64,000 nucleotides of DNA. It comes from Rhina ancylostomus (taxonomy: Eukaryota). Below are positions 51,336 to 63,980 of this stretch, in pieces (position 1 is the first letter of the stretch; every line of letters begins with the position of its first letter). The translations under genes were made by a program, and so were the position numbers. The stretch is taken from positions 13,189,777-13,253,776 of the forward strand of contig JARFYF010000046.1 of NCBI GenBank assembly GCA_030265395.1, in the 5' to 3' direction. The notes under the pieces are model-generated. The model saw only the letters and a program-made list of their open reading frames with translations, was not told the origin of the DNA and made no database searches.

Positions 51336-52184
51336 TCTATTATGGCTACTTGAATGCTAGACCACTCTGCAAAAAGAGTTGTATCAGGACAGTGCTGGAC
51401 AAGACTGGAGCTAGTACTCCTTGACACTAAATTGGCAGGCTTACTGGCAGGCATCCCAGTGCATCAAGCACTTCATTCTGAAAACCCATCAGCTTTCTTC
51501 TCTACTCTGCCTCATTGAAAGGCTCATCTGAGTTCTCAGAGGTGACACTTGTGTGACCTCACCCTCCAGATAATTGGCACCTCTTCCATCTGTCACTGCT
51601 ACATGTCCCAACACAGACAGATCCCATCTCTGAATTACAAGCAGTGCCAATTTCCAAAGTAAGGTGTGAAATCGATTGGCCTTTTATCTTCAATATCCCC
51701 TGTCTGCCTGCTATTCTTCCACTATCTGGACAGGCTGTGACACTTGAGTCGCTGAAAGAAGAAAGTGGCTGGGGAAGAGGGAGTGGTCAGGGGATTGGGT
51801 TCTGATGGCAGGTTTGAGGGGCAGATGGAAGAGGTGGTGGAAAGTAAGAACGGGATAATTAGACGATCTTCAGTTGTAAGTCGGGACTGATTGTAGGATG
51901 AGGAGGTGGTGGGATGTGAGAAGGAGACTTAAGTGTACCTTATATACATATAATCGTCTGTCATTTTGCCCCCCCANNNNNNNNNNNNNNNNNNNNNNNN
52001 NNNNNNNNNNNNNNNNNNNNNNNNNNNNNNNNNNNNNNNNNNNNNNNNNNNNNNNNNNNNNNNNNNNNNNNNNNNNTAAGTGTACCTTATATACATATAA
52101 TCGTCTGTAATTTTGCCCCCCCACACACCCCACTACTGGCTCCTGGCTCATCAATGGGTATTCTAATAATGGTCAGCAGAGGGG

Positions 52185-52600
52185 TTATGACTGGTAAGCC
52201 CACCCATGTGTACCTCCAGTTGTGCGAGAGGGAAGGGTACGAGCATCAAGCATTCTGTGTTGACTGTGTAAATCAGTGACATGACTGTAAGCATGAGTTA
52301 GAGCCTGAGAATGTTGAGTCCTGATCGATAAGAACGTAATGGGGCTGTAGTGATGCAAGCAATGTCTGAGCAGTGCCTCTGCCTTTGGCATTTGCGTTCA
52401 TTGACCTTGACACTCCTAGGAGGTCATTGAACTTCTTGTGGTACTGTATATAGGGACTCGGGGCTTGACCTCCAGATCTTTCTGTTCCTGTTGCCTTCTG
52501 TGCATGTGTCCAGAGGGCTTCCTGAGCCCTTGAGCGACCGGACATCTGTCCTGCTTTTCACCCAGGACACCACACAGCCCCATGTTTTCACATTTTTTAA
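52185..52600 (-). pseudogene. Relic of a PIF/Harbinger Myb/SANT-like DNA-binding ORF
   Basis: Frameshifted minus-strand pieces VKSRTDV / RKPSGHMHRRQQEQKDLEV / IQYHKKFNDL / SRTTGG follow the MSANTD/NAIF1-like pattern (RRDVLF..RRPS...RR.WE.IA.EV...QCRKKFNDL...RTGGG). Confidence 0.65.
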
Positions 52601-52864
52601 TCCTTCTATGTTAGGTAGACTTGTAGGATGCCAGCCTAGAGCCAACTACAATGCACCTCCCCTTTCTATAACCAGCCACTCAGGACATTACCTCCTGCTG
52701 ATGCATCCAGCCAATCAACGGCATGGTTAACACTGTCTGTGTGCTGAAATCATTTAATGAACAGGCAGCACAAATTTGACATTCTATCTGCATTGCAATC
52801 AATGGACATGAGTTAATCGTATATCATGTTGCCTGTGCATTTTTTCAGAGGCTATCACACTTCG

Positions 52865-53100
52865 TCACTGGGGAGTTTTAGTTAATCTTCATCCCTCAAC
52901 CAACCAGACTTTTAAAAAGATTACAAGTTATCTGGGCAGTAACTCAATGCTCTTTGCAGGAGCTTGCTGAATACAAATTGGCTGCTGCTTTATCTTAATT
53001 ACAACAGCATCTCCACCTTAAAAGTATTTCATTGCTTATAAAACACTTTGTGATATCTTAAGGTTCTGGAAGGCATTTTAGAAATGCAATTCTTCCTTCC
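52865..53100 (+). mobile_element. SacSINE1-like SINE, 3' half
   Basis: atccctcaaccaac...ggagcttgctgaatacaaattggctgctgc...attacaacag...aaaagtatttcattg...aaggcattttagaaatgcaa. Confidence 0.75.
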
Positions 53101-54354
53101 ATCAGCAACACATTTTTTTACATAAATCAGGGTGATGGTTGGGGGGGGGTTGTGTTTTTATTTGTGATCTGATAAATGTCAGATGGCTCACATACATTAA
53201 GACTGGCTAAAAATGAGCAAGCAGTACATGTACTGAGCTTACTCAGAGCAAGTAATTAATATTCACCCACACTTATGAATCATGTCTATGCTGCACAAGG
53301 GATCCAATTTAGATCAGGCATCACACAAAAAAAATACCATGGGAAATATATGTTTTGAAGGAGAAAAGCTTCAATTATTCGGCTACTACAGTTCATTCAA
53401 ATCTAGACGTTGATCATTAAGGCTTATAGACCATCAGACTTAACACCTTCTTCAAGTAATGTAGCACTGGGCTATCTTATTAAATGATGTAAATTGCATA
53501 GTGAACGGTGGTACTCACGATGTTGTCAGCAATCTCCTGAGCATTTCACACAAACAACTAAATCAAATTGGAGAAGGGCATTCAGTGCAAAATTAAGTTG
53601 CCTTGTTGTTGTCATGGACAGTGCCAGTGGACGCACAGCCCCAAGCATGAGGTACAGCGTTTGCAGAAGACACCCTGCACTCCCTGCACTGCCTCTCGCT
53701 GCTTGAGTGCCTCTTTCTGCTTTTAAATGGTTTGCAGCTAATAACAATTACAATAGAGCAGACTGTTGCGAGAGGAAAAGCCCACTGCGGCTGAGAGAAA
53801 GCAGGTTTTAGCAAACCACTAGGGACCCTGGCAGAGAGAAACGATTCAAATCAAGTTGACAGCAGCAAAGCTTTGACTGAAGCCTGTGCTGATCGGGGGA
53901 GGTCACAGGAGGCGATATTGCCATTTACAAACTGATTTCTNNNNNNNNNNTTTGCGCACAATATCCATCCTACCATCCACATAAGTTCTATAAAAACACT
54001 CTTTTATAAAATAATATTTTAATGCCAACCTCCTTGAGCAATTTTTAAGCATAGGAATCTCTTTCAGTGAAAAATATCACAGGGCAGATGTGATGCTGTT
54101 AACAGACTTGTGAAAGATGTTTTTAAACAGTTGGCTTGTAGAGTGGTTTTCTGATATTGTCACTTCCATTTTATCAGCCAAGTGTAAAGTTACAATAACA
54201 GGGTTTCACTCCTGTGTGATGTTGCGTTCCCTCAGAGGAAGATTCAGCATGAGCCATTTTCTAACACAATCCCAATTAAATAAACCAGACACTTCAATGA
54301 TGGCAGCATTTTGGGGGAGATGCTAAGAGAACCACAGCAATATGTACAGTTAAC

Positions 54355-54770
54355 CATAGAACAATACAGGGCCTTCAGCTCAGCATGTTGTGCCCCCCTT
54401 CAAAGCACACCTAAGACTATCTAACCCCTTCCTCCCACGTGTCCCTCTATCTTAAATTCCTCCGTATGCTTACCTAACAATCTATTGAACTTGACCAACG
54501 TATCAGCCTCCACCACCACCCCAGGCAGCGCATTCCATGCACCAACCACTCTCTAGGTGATAAACCTCCCTCTGACATCTCCCTTGAACTTCCCNNNNNN
54601 NNNNNNNNNNNNNNNNNNNNNNNNNNNNNNNNNNNNNNNNNNNNNNNNNNNNNNNNNNNNNNNNNNNNNNNNNNNNNNNNNNNNNNNNNNNNNNTAAATG
54701 CTCATAGATCCTATCTCTTAGAATCCTTTCTAACAGCTTACCCACCACAGATGTAAGGCTCACCGGTCTG
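54355..54770 (-). mobile_element. Young CR1 LINE, interior collapsed into a 100-N gap
   Basis: Minus strand RPVSLTSVVGKLLERILRDRIYEHL on one side of the gap and a CR1 3' tail on the other. Confidence 0.9.
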
Positions 54771-56499
54771 TGCTGTAACTGCTGTGTACCTGCCACTGTA
54801 GCATACAGACATTGCTAACTATTTAAATAAATATTGGTATAGACATCATATAAGGTAATGTGCAGCATTCGCTTGCTGCTTTTCCAACTAATAGCAGTTG
54901 GCAACATTTCTTTACTATCCCCAATTTATCCTCTGGAATCTGCTCACCTTTGGGCGATGCGTATTTCTGCTGACACAGATTCAGACTGCCCTCTCATCCG
55001 GCAGACTATCCTTTCCAGGAGAGCTGTGCACAGGAATCTCAAAGCACCATTTAACCATAAAAGGGAGAGATCAGTTCTATCCAGGCTTGGAATATCCTTT
55101 AAGAGTAATTTGGAAGAATTTGGGAATGGAAACCCTAGTCCAGGTTATGATACACTTCCATTCAGTCTTAGTGATTCAACCATCAGTGAATTTCTCTCAT
55201 GGTAATAATACCGTTACTACTGAAAATCTGTGCTATAGTCAATTTTAATTTGAATATGCAGACAGGGACTGAATGCAAGACTTCATCCTGTTCACCAGAA
55301 ACAAAGCACCTTCACATTTCCCATGGACATCAAGGTTTCTCACTCATTACTTCATTTATTTGGGAAAGTTGACTCCCATTAAGTGGTGAAGAGGGACTGC
55401 AAAATGCGCTAAAACAAGAAGGTCAAAGGCCAGATTGATACCAGGCCTTGAGGCTTCAGTTGAAAAATCTGATCCCCGCCTACGCTTTCACTAGTGGCTC
55501 GCCCTTGTGGGAGAAGGAAAACAACAGCAGCTTAAGTACCTGGGAAAGCAAGGAGTTGGACTGCTGAGGAGCCTGGAAGTGTCAAACACAAACATGTTTT
55601 CTAATGGGATCCTGCACCTAAGCTGCAATAAATTTTCAGCAGAGCTGATCTAGTATCAGTTCCACAAGGCGAAGCCCAATTGTTCAGAGGCATATGGAAC
55701 CAGGGGATGTCAGATCACTAACATGGACAAGAGGCTTGCCTCCAACTTCAGATGGCTAAAAAAATCAACCATATAGCAACCCAGGATGAGAGGTACCAAT
55801 TGAGTCACATTTGATTCTGGTTTTCATGGAAAATATGTGCAATAATGACCAGTTTCTGCCCTACATGGTATAAGAATCTTTCCCTGCAAGTGTCAGCAGA
55901 ACAAAATATATTATATGTGTTTCATTTACTATATGAAGGGATACCTGTTCACCAGCAGACAAAATGTTCAGGACAAGAATCTAATGAATCAAGAAAATTG
56001 TCAGATAAAGCACTGCTTTGCACAACTTGTGGAGGGGTTGATGTTATATCGTAAATCACAAGAAGAAAGTATGAGCAGATTTGAAATATGCAGACCCACA
56101 TTGTTCATCTGCATTATGTATAGAAAAAACTGAGATCTCCTACCAGTTTCCATTTTTTTTTGCATATAATGATGGAACAGCATAACTTAACATGCTGATT
56201 TGAAATGTTCCATTGGGCAAAGCCATAATGAAAAAAGAATGTCCTTTTTCCTGAAGTAAGTTGTGGCTTGGTCATCTTGAGGCCATTGATGGCAATGATG
56301 GATGCTTGACAGATCATTCAGAGTTGGGACAAAGCCAAGATTCTGTAAACGGAAAAAAAAGTGCCATGGCCAAAGATTTAGCAAACATTATATCTAGTAC
56401 TTCAATATAAAATTTAGAATGATGTATTTGAGGCTGACGTATCACTGACAAATTGCTTAAATCTCCTTTATTGACTTAAGAAATCTAACAAATTGTGCT

Positions 56500-58125
56500 A
56501 AAGGCTGACAAGTCTCCTGGATCTGATGGCCCCCATCCTGTCATCTCAGAGGAAGTGGCTGTAGAGACAGTGGATTCATTGGTTGTAATCCACCAAAATT
56601 CCCTGGGTTCTGGAGAGGTTCCAGAGGATTTATAAAGCCATTACTCAAGAAATGAGGGAGATTGCGGGAAACCATAGGCCAGTTCGACTAACCGGCCTTT
56701 GGGAATCATAGGAAAAATGCTGGAATCCATTAGTAAGGAGGTTAGAGCAGGGCATTTAAAAGATCAAAAGCATATTTATCTAGCAGAGTCAATGTGCTTT
56801 TATGAGAGGGAAATTATGTTTGTCAAATTTGCTCGAGTTCTTGAAGGATATATAAGAAAAGAGAACCAGTGGATGTGGATTTTGGATTTCCAGAAAGCAT
56901 TTGGTAAGGTACTGGGTGAAAGGTTACTGCACAAGAGTACATGTGATTGGGGATAATAAGTCCTGTATATTGGTATAGGTAGGGGTGTGGCGAACTAACA
57001 GCAAACAGAGAATTTGGCTAAATAGGTCATTTTTCGAATTTCAGTCGATACCACATGCATCAATGCTGAGGGTCAACTCGTTATAGCCTATACCTGTGCC
57101 TTCGATGAGAATACTGAGTGTACTGTGGCCAAGTTTGCCGCTGATACAAAGACTGGTGGGTTAGCAAGTTGTGAGGAGAACTCAAAGAATCTACAAAAGG
57201 ACATAGATAGGTTCAGTGAATGGGTTGGAATATAATGTGTGGAATGTGAGGTTATTCACTTTGAAGTGTAGAATGGAAAAAAAAATTCTTCTTTTAACAG
57301 AGCGAGACTTCAAAATTTAGTGATACTAAGGGACCTGGGGGCCACAATACATGAAACACAAAATGTTAGCATGCAGTTACTGCGAGTGGTTAGGAAGACT
57401 AATTGCATGTTGGCCTTTATTACAAGGGATATGGAGTAAAGTAGAGGAGTTTTATATAAGTGAGACCACACCTGAAATGCTACGCAGAGTGTTGGTCTCA
57501 GTCCTTAAGGAAGATGTGATTGCATTGAAGGCAGTGCTGAGTAAGTTCATCAAATCGGTTCCTGGGATGAGAAGTTGGTATGTGAGAAAAGATTGAGCAG
57601 AAGAAGACTATACTCATTGGAGTATAGAGGAATGACAAGTGACCTTACTGAAACATAAACTACTGAGGGAGATAGATGGTTACTGAGAGGATGTTTCCCC
57701 AAATGGGTGTATCTAGAACTAGAAGGCACAGTTTCAGAATAAAGGCTTTCCAATTATAGATGGAGATGAGGAGGAACTTCTCCCAATGGGTTGTCAAGCT
57801 TTTGAATTCTCTACCCAAGGAAACAGTAGGGGAGAGTCATTGCATATATTCAAGATGGAGGTTAACTGACATTTAAACTCCAAGGGAGTCATGTGGTATT
57901 GGGGAAATGTTGAAAAGTGTTGTTAAGGTTATGANNNNNNNNNNNNNNNNNNNNNNNNNNNNNNNNNNNNNNNNNNNNNNNNNNNNNNNNNNNNNNNNNN
58001 NNNNNNNNNNNNNNNNNNNNNNNNNNNNNNNNNNAAGTGTTGTTAAGGTTATGATCACATTGAATGACAGAGCAGGGTTAAGCAGTTGATTGGCCTATTC
58101 AGATCTTGTTTTTTATGCTGTAATG
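56500..58125 (+). mobile_element. CR1 LINE, about 1.6 kb, decayed RT to 3' UTR
   Basis: KADKSPGSDGPHP, NHRPVRLT, GKMLESI.KE, LDFQKAFGKV, AKFAADTK, CEVIHF, RDLG, YSLEYRGMTSDLTET, then the tail. Confidence 0.95.
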
Positions 58126-59474
58126 ATCTTACATGATCAGTGTGTCCCCTCAAGCAAGCCCAGCAAAGAAAGTCAGCACAACCTAGTAGGAAGACCTGGT
58201 TTGTCCCAGCAAGGAGACCTAATACATCCCAGCAGATGGCCCAGAACCTCCTCTACAGTCTCCGACATTTCCCACACAATTTCGGCTGGGAAACCCAGCA
58301 CATCAAAATCCAACATTTCCTCACAGGCAGACCCCATATATTGCAGCAGGAAAACCAACTGATTCTACCACAGCTGGAGAAGAAAGAACCACAACATCAC
58401 AGGTATCAAAGACCTTTCACCCCTCCATTTAAAGTGCTGGCAGAGAAATCTACAGTCCAACTCTTATAATTCCAGTACAGCATATACATCCCATAGAATG
58501 TAGCACATTCTCCATGGCACAATCAACCATGGTCAACAGGTCAGCGGGGATATGGACTAATTGCTAGAAAATAATAGCAACCAAGGTAAAAGATCAGCCA
58601 TGTACTTGTTGCAAGTCATGGCTGGAATGGTGCACTCCTGATTCTATTTTGTATCTTCTTATGTTTTCATGTTCTGAATCATCCACCAATGTTCCAGCCT
58701 TAGAGTCAGAATCAGGCACTGATCAGGATAATGTATGCATTTGTTTTGGACAAGTTGCATCAGTTTTGGCTCATTAGAGAATGCTTACACTAGTGTGGAT
58801 AGATTTGTGATTTTATTTTAAAACACTTTTACTGAGGGAAGATCATATTTCAAACATAGGGCTCTGCATGTTCAGTGATAACTTTTATATGCCACAGCTG
58901 CTACACCCTGCTTTCAACTATATCTTGGTACATCTTCTTCAACCAGCTCATTAGAGTGACAGAAATAAGAATATATAACTGAGAATGCAGAACAACAAGA
59001 AGAGGTCATCTTTGTTGCTACTTGTTTTGACAGATCTGCAAGAATTTAGAAGAAATGTTTCAGGAGTTCTCACAAACTGTTAGAATTAGGCATTGAGGAG
59101 ATTTCATATTGTTAAGTGTCCAAAGGCCATCCATCTTATGGATGTATTTAACTTGATATCTCAGTAAATAAATTAGCCAGTGTAATGTAGGTGTACGCAA
59201 TGGATTCTTAACCTTTAACAAAGGGTACAGACTGATCTAAACTACATACAAGAAGCTGGAAAAGACAGTGCAGTTTATTCAAGGACTCTTCACAGAACTT
59301 TCTGTACTCATTACTGCAAACCAGAAAGCAATTAATCAGGTGACATAATACTTAGAGGGGTGACAGCCTTAAAGCAAAACTTATTGTTCATAAACTATAT
59401 TACATATATGACAACCATGTAGTGTGATATAAGACTCCAACCTCTGTGCTGCCTTAGGTGAACTGAGTCAGGAT

Positions 59475-59650
59475 GAAGTGAAAACAGAAACTGGTGGAAA
59501 TAGGAAGTCAGGCGGTATCTGTGGAAAGAGAGAGTTAACATTTCAGGCCTCTGACCCTTCATCAGAACTGGGAAAGAGAGAAAGCCAAGTTAGTTTTAAA
59601 TTGTAGAGAGCATGGAGAAGGGATGGATAGGACAAAGGAAATATCTCTGG
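59475..59650 (-). mobile_element. Penelope-like terminus containing a hammerhead-like core
   Basis: Same terminal repeat family. The minus strand of 59533-59570 reads cagtt-CTGATGA-agggtcagaggcct-GAAA-tgtt-aact. Confidence 0.65.
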
Positions 59651-60759
59651 CAGGGTGAGGCCAAGATTATCGTGGGAACCAACTGTTGATGAACTTATCT
59701 GGTTAATGAAGACAGTGAAATGAAGACAGTTAGATAGAACATAACTAATTCAAGGTGCAGCAATTATCTCTATACACTTGAGCTGGTCAGACACAGTTGC
59801 TTACTCCTGACCACAAGATACTGATTCTGGCTGGAATGTGTATGGATTTATTCATTGCAGATAATAGTGGAGTCAGAATTGATTTTCATCACTTCCTTGT
59901 AAACACACCTTCCACTGCCCCAACATTATAAAATACTGGAAGATTCATGCCAATAATGGAACCTACCCCAGCATGAGTAACTGTCTCTAGCAGAGGCTGG
60001 AGGATAATCAGAATGGACCGGGTTCATTTTCGGAGAATAGCAACAGCCATTAACCCTCTGGGTCATCAACACTGTCCATTCTCTGGAGCAGAAATTGGAG
60101 TGAAAGGCATTTATTGGCACAGCAAGAGGAACAAATGCATTGATTATACACTCCTGCTGGAACCTGAACTGGCAACAAAATAATTGTATTTTCCTGGATT
60201 CCTGGTTCTGTTTAATTGTTATCACATTATTTATTCATTCATAACCCATCAGAACCCAATTGTAGACTAAGTTCCAGCTACTGGCTGAAGAGTGAGAGGT
60301 TCATTTAATGGCAGTATCAATAATATAATTGCTAACCTAGAAATGGCCAGAGGAACATCTAACCCAACATGTTTACTTGCATATTTTGAATACATTAGGG
60401 TCGAAATTGGTTTCTACCTCATTGAGCAAACTTAATGTTCTACCACATTAAAGCTCTATCCTATTATCTTCTTGAGAACTTTGCAGGTGCCGATAAATCC
60501 ACCACTTCCAACCTGTTTAAATGAAACAGACTCACATCTGGAGTTAATTAGCATTATTAATTTCCTGGTGGGATTCTGCATAATACTACTGGAACAGTTG
60601 TTATGATCTCGGATTATAATTTCAAAAGGCCATTGAACCAAAAAGATTTTCAGGAATGATTAATTGATTTAAAATGGACAGAAGCACAATTGTAGAAAAT
60701 AATCTGGATTGCTCATCAATTTGCACTGAAGCAATAAGTATATATCTATCAGTTCAACA

Positions 60760-61200
60760 TTCATTTACATGGTGTCTTTAACAGCATAAGATGTCCCAAG
60801 GCACTTAACAGAAGCATCTGGCAAAAACTCTCACTGAGCCAAAGAAGTGGCCGTTAGGAATGATGCCCAAAAGCTTTTTGAGAGTGGTCAGTTTTAATGT
60901 GGCTCCAAGGGAAATGGTGAAAAGTAGGAAGATGGAGATGGTGAAGGTGAGTTCAATTGTTTAGTGCATGGATAGCTGAGAGCATGACTGCCAACGGTGC
61001 GCAATGATGATGGGCTTGGATCAAGGTTAGAACTGGAAGAAAGCAGAGCTGAGAGATCTCAGAGGAAATCAGAGAAATTTGGGAAAAGCAGAACTTGAAC
61101 TCAAGGCTGAAGTATGATAAAATCAAAACATTGCTAGACTGAGAGCCAACCTATCTGATGAGCACAGTGGAACTGGATTGGCACAAGTTAGGATTAATGT
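60760..61200 (-). mobile_element. L2-type LINE 3' end
   Basis: cattcatttacatggtgtctttaac...atgtcccaaggcactt...cactgagccaaagaag...ccaaaagctt...cagctg-like motifs. Similar to 24090-24470. Confidence 0.6.
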
Positions 61201-62249
61201 AAACTTTTACATTTTGATTTCAGTTATTTTCTCATTTCATACTACAACCGAGATGAATGCAGAACCGTCTGTGATAAGTGGTGAAACAATTCATTGGCAC
61301 TTTGTTGTTATTCATGTCACTGCACTTTTAGCTATGTTTAGGAGATTAAACTGTTCTTGCAAAGCTCATCATCATCATAATATTTCCCCTTTAACTGGTT
61401 ACAGTTGTTATTAGAGGGATTATCGCACTGGGTCCAAATAATTAGTACATGCAAAAATCTACACTTTATTATTAAAAATCATTATTAATGCTAGAACAAA
61501 AAAAAACGCAGCAGGTGTCTTGGCATCTCAAAAAAAAACATAGATTAGTTTCCAGATGGCACCCTTTGTCAAAATCTTAATATTTAATTAATTTGATCTT
61601 TTCAACATTCTTTAGATTAATCTTAATTTGTTTTTGATTGGGAATTTTGCATTTCAATTTCCCTTCAAATCTGAGGATGACAAGAATTCTTCATTCAAAC
61701 CAATTATTTTGTCTGTCCTCTGAACAAATATCCATGAAAAGATCAGGAGCAACTGACTAGCACGTGCCATTGCTCAGGGCCTCAGTCTATTATGGGGCTG
61801 GTGCACAAGGGAACCAAATCCATTCTGGAGCCATTGCCAAACAGCCTTATTCCAATAACGGGCTTGTGATGGAACGCAATGTAACACAGAAAATCCCCAA
61901 CCACTATACCAATTTATCTTAAGTGCTGTATATTAGTGAATGTTTTGCTTTATTGATTAAATGTGTAAACATTAAGCAGGGCTATTTCTCCATGCATTTA
62001 ACTGCATAGTCAAGTTTTCAGATCAGGGGATGAGGAACAGTAATAAAAATGGTGGTGGAGGATAATGATCTCATCATCAGAGTCTTTGTATGACTGAGGA
62101 AACAAAATAGTTTTCCGTATGTTATCATGCAAAGTGGCAATAATGTGTGCTAGCTTTTGGAGTTTCCCTGGTAATGTAGCCTTAGAAGATACCATTAAAG
62201 GGCATCACTTAAATGCAGCCTTTTCTGAGACAGGCTGGCAGCCTTAAGC

Positions 62250-62345
62250 AATAAACAAACTGCTAGAGGAACTCAGCAGGTCAGGCAGCATATGGGGAGG
62301 GAAATAAACAGTTGATGTTTCAGGTCAAGACCCTTCATCTGGCAA
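62250..62345 (-). mobile_element. Short Penelope-like terminus
   Basis: aaacaaactgctagaggaactcagcaggtcaggcagcat...gatgtttcaggtcaagacccttcatc. The sequence (c)ttaagca occurs on both sides. Confidence 0.7.
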
Positions 62346-62364
62346 TCTTAAGCATCAGTAACTA

Positions 62365-63980
62365 GAGAAGTTGCTACTCAAGCATCATGTATATTGATCA
62401 AGAGTGAAAAAATTGTTTAAGCTCAGATAATGAAGGAGGTGTTGATGATTTATGTTTGGAATTACAAGGATTCACCAGATTTTGCTGGAAAAGCCATCCA
62501 CATTAGCTACTGACCACAAGCCTCTTGTTGAACTTTCTGGGACAGTGGTCTGCTTTTTCCACACTCTGCTTAGATGTGGGCCATCCTCTCATTTCAGTAT
62601 GAGAGCGCCATTGAATTTAGATCTTCCAAGCAACGTGCTGGAGTGGGTGCCTTGTTACCTTATGAGGAAACCACAAAGAACACAGAAAATGACACTTAAC
62701 CCTAAAGGTGCTAGAAAACCATTTCCCCTGTCACAGCAGTAGAAATAGCCATAGCTGTGCATAGAGGCCCAATATTATGGCAAATGAATGAACACACATT
62801 AAGCGGACAGTCCGAATTTGACACGGGCCTGAATGAAGACATGAAGCTGCTTCATTGCAGATGATGTAAATTTTTCACCAACCAAGCTGGGGACAGAGGG
62901 CAGTGACGTAGATGGAACTACAAAGTAAGATTTAAAAACTCCCTGCAGAACACATAGTACAGTGAATATGAAAGCAGTGGCTGGAGGATTCAAAAGGTCT
63001 GATATGGTTGAAGAGTACAGTGGACTGGCCTCCAGATGTATATTATGTCAGGACTGCAGAACACAACTTTTAAAGTACCACTGCAAGTGTGGAAGTGCTC
63101 TGCATGACCATTCTGGTGGATCCTTATATGGTATTAAATGATAGCCATTCAAAGTAGTTAGAAGTGAGATCATGTACCACAACAGAAAATATAAAAGAGG
63201 AATTAAAATCTAGCTTTGCCATAGATAATCTTTAGGGAGAAGTTGTATCAGGTAATGGTTCACATTTTAGATGACTTCAGTCTGAATGATTTATTAACAG
63301 TAGTGGAATATATGACACGTTCATTTCTCCATACTAGGCAGCTTCAAATGAGGATGTTGAAAGGTTAATTTACGTAGTAATTGAAGAACAGGGTCATGGA
63401 AGGTCAATCAAACATCACTGTGGAACATTGATGTGCAGCATTTCTTCTGAGCTACAGCACAATGCCACACTCCACACAGGAACACTGATGCATGGGAGAC
63501 TTGGTCGAGTCTCAAACAACCCAGTTTGGAAGGAAAAGCTAAGAAAAGACATTTCAAAAAAAAGATAGCATCAGAAAGGAGAAGATATTTAGTCTACGTG
63601 ATCAAGTTTGTGTACTGATGCCTCCCAGCAAGTCAGAAATGACATTATAAAATATCTGGGAAATAGTGGAGGTATATAGTCCTTGAAATAATATTTGTAA
63701 AGAAGGGCAAGAAGTTCTGAAAAGGTCAGATGGGCCACTTTATCTCAGGAACCGATAGTGAAATAGTGAAGAAGATTGTTGTGATTGAAAATCTACCAAT
63801 AGAGAAACCTACAATTGTTCAAGAAGCAGCAACATTTCTGATGAGACTTAAGGCATCATTGAGTCCAGAGGTGAATAATATTCCAGCTTCATCAGGTGAA
63901 CCTGTGGTTTCAACAAAACTGCTACCAGCAACACCACAAAGATCAGAGAGAGTACAAAACTTACTGACTCATTGAAAAGT
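62365..63980 (+). mobile_element. Decayed Ty3/Gypsy LTR-retrotransposon pol (RNase H plus integrase)
   Basis: MFGITRIHQ...PSTLATDHKPL (RNase H), tgtatattatgtcag (CxxC of the integrase zinc finger), PLQVW, D(S)HSK*LEV, VSGNGSHF, SPY*AASNEDVER, FLLSYSTMPHSTQ and a C-terminal QRSER. Many stops and frameshifts; no LTR seen in the window. Confidence 0.85.

Noticed and set aside
53605-53625. REST/RE1 site (catggacagtgcc)
   Set aside because: Right half-site only; the TCAGCACC left half is absent.
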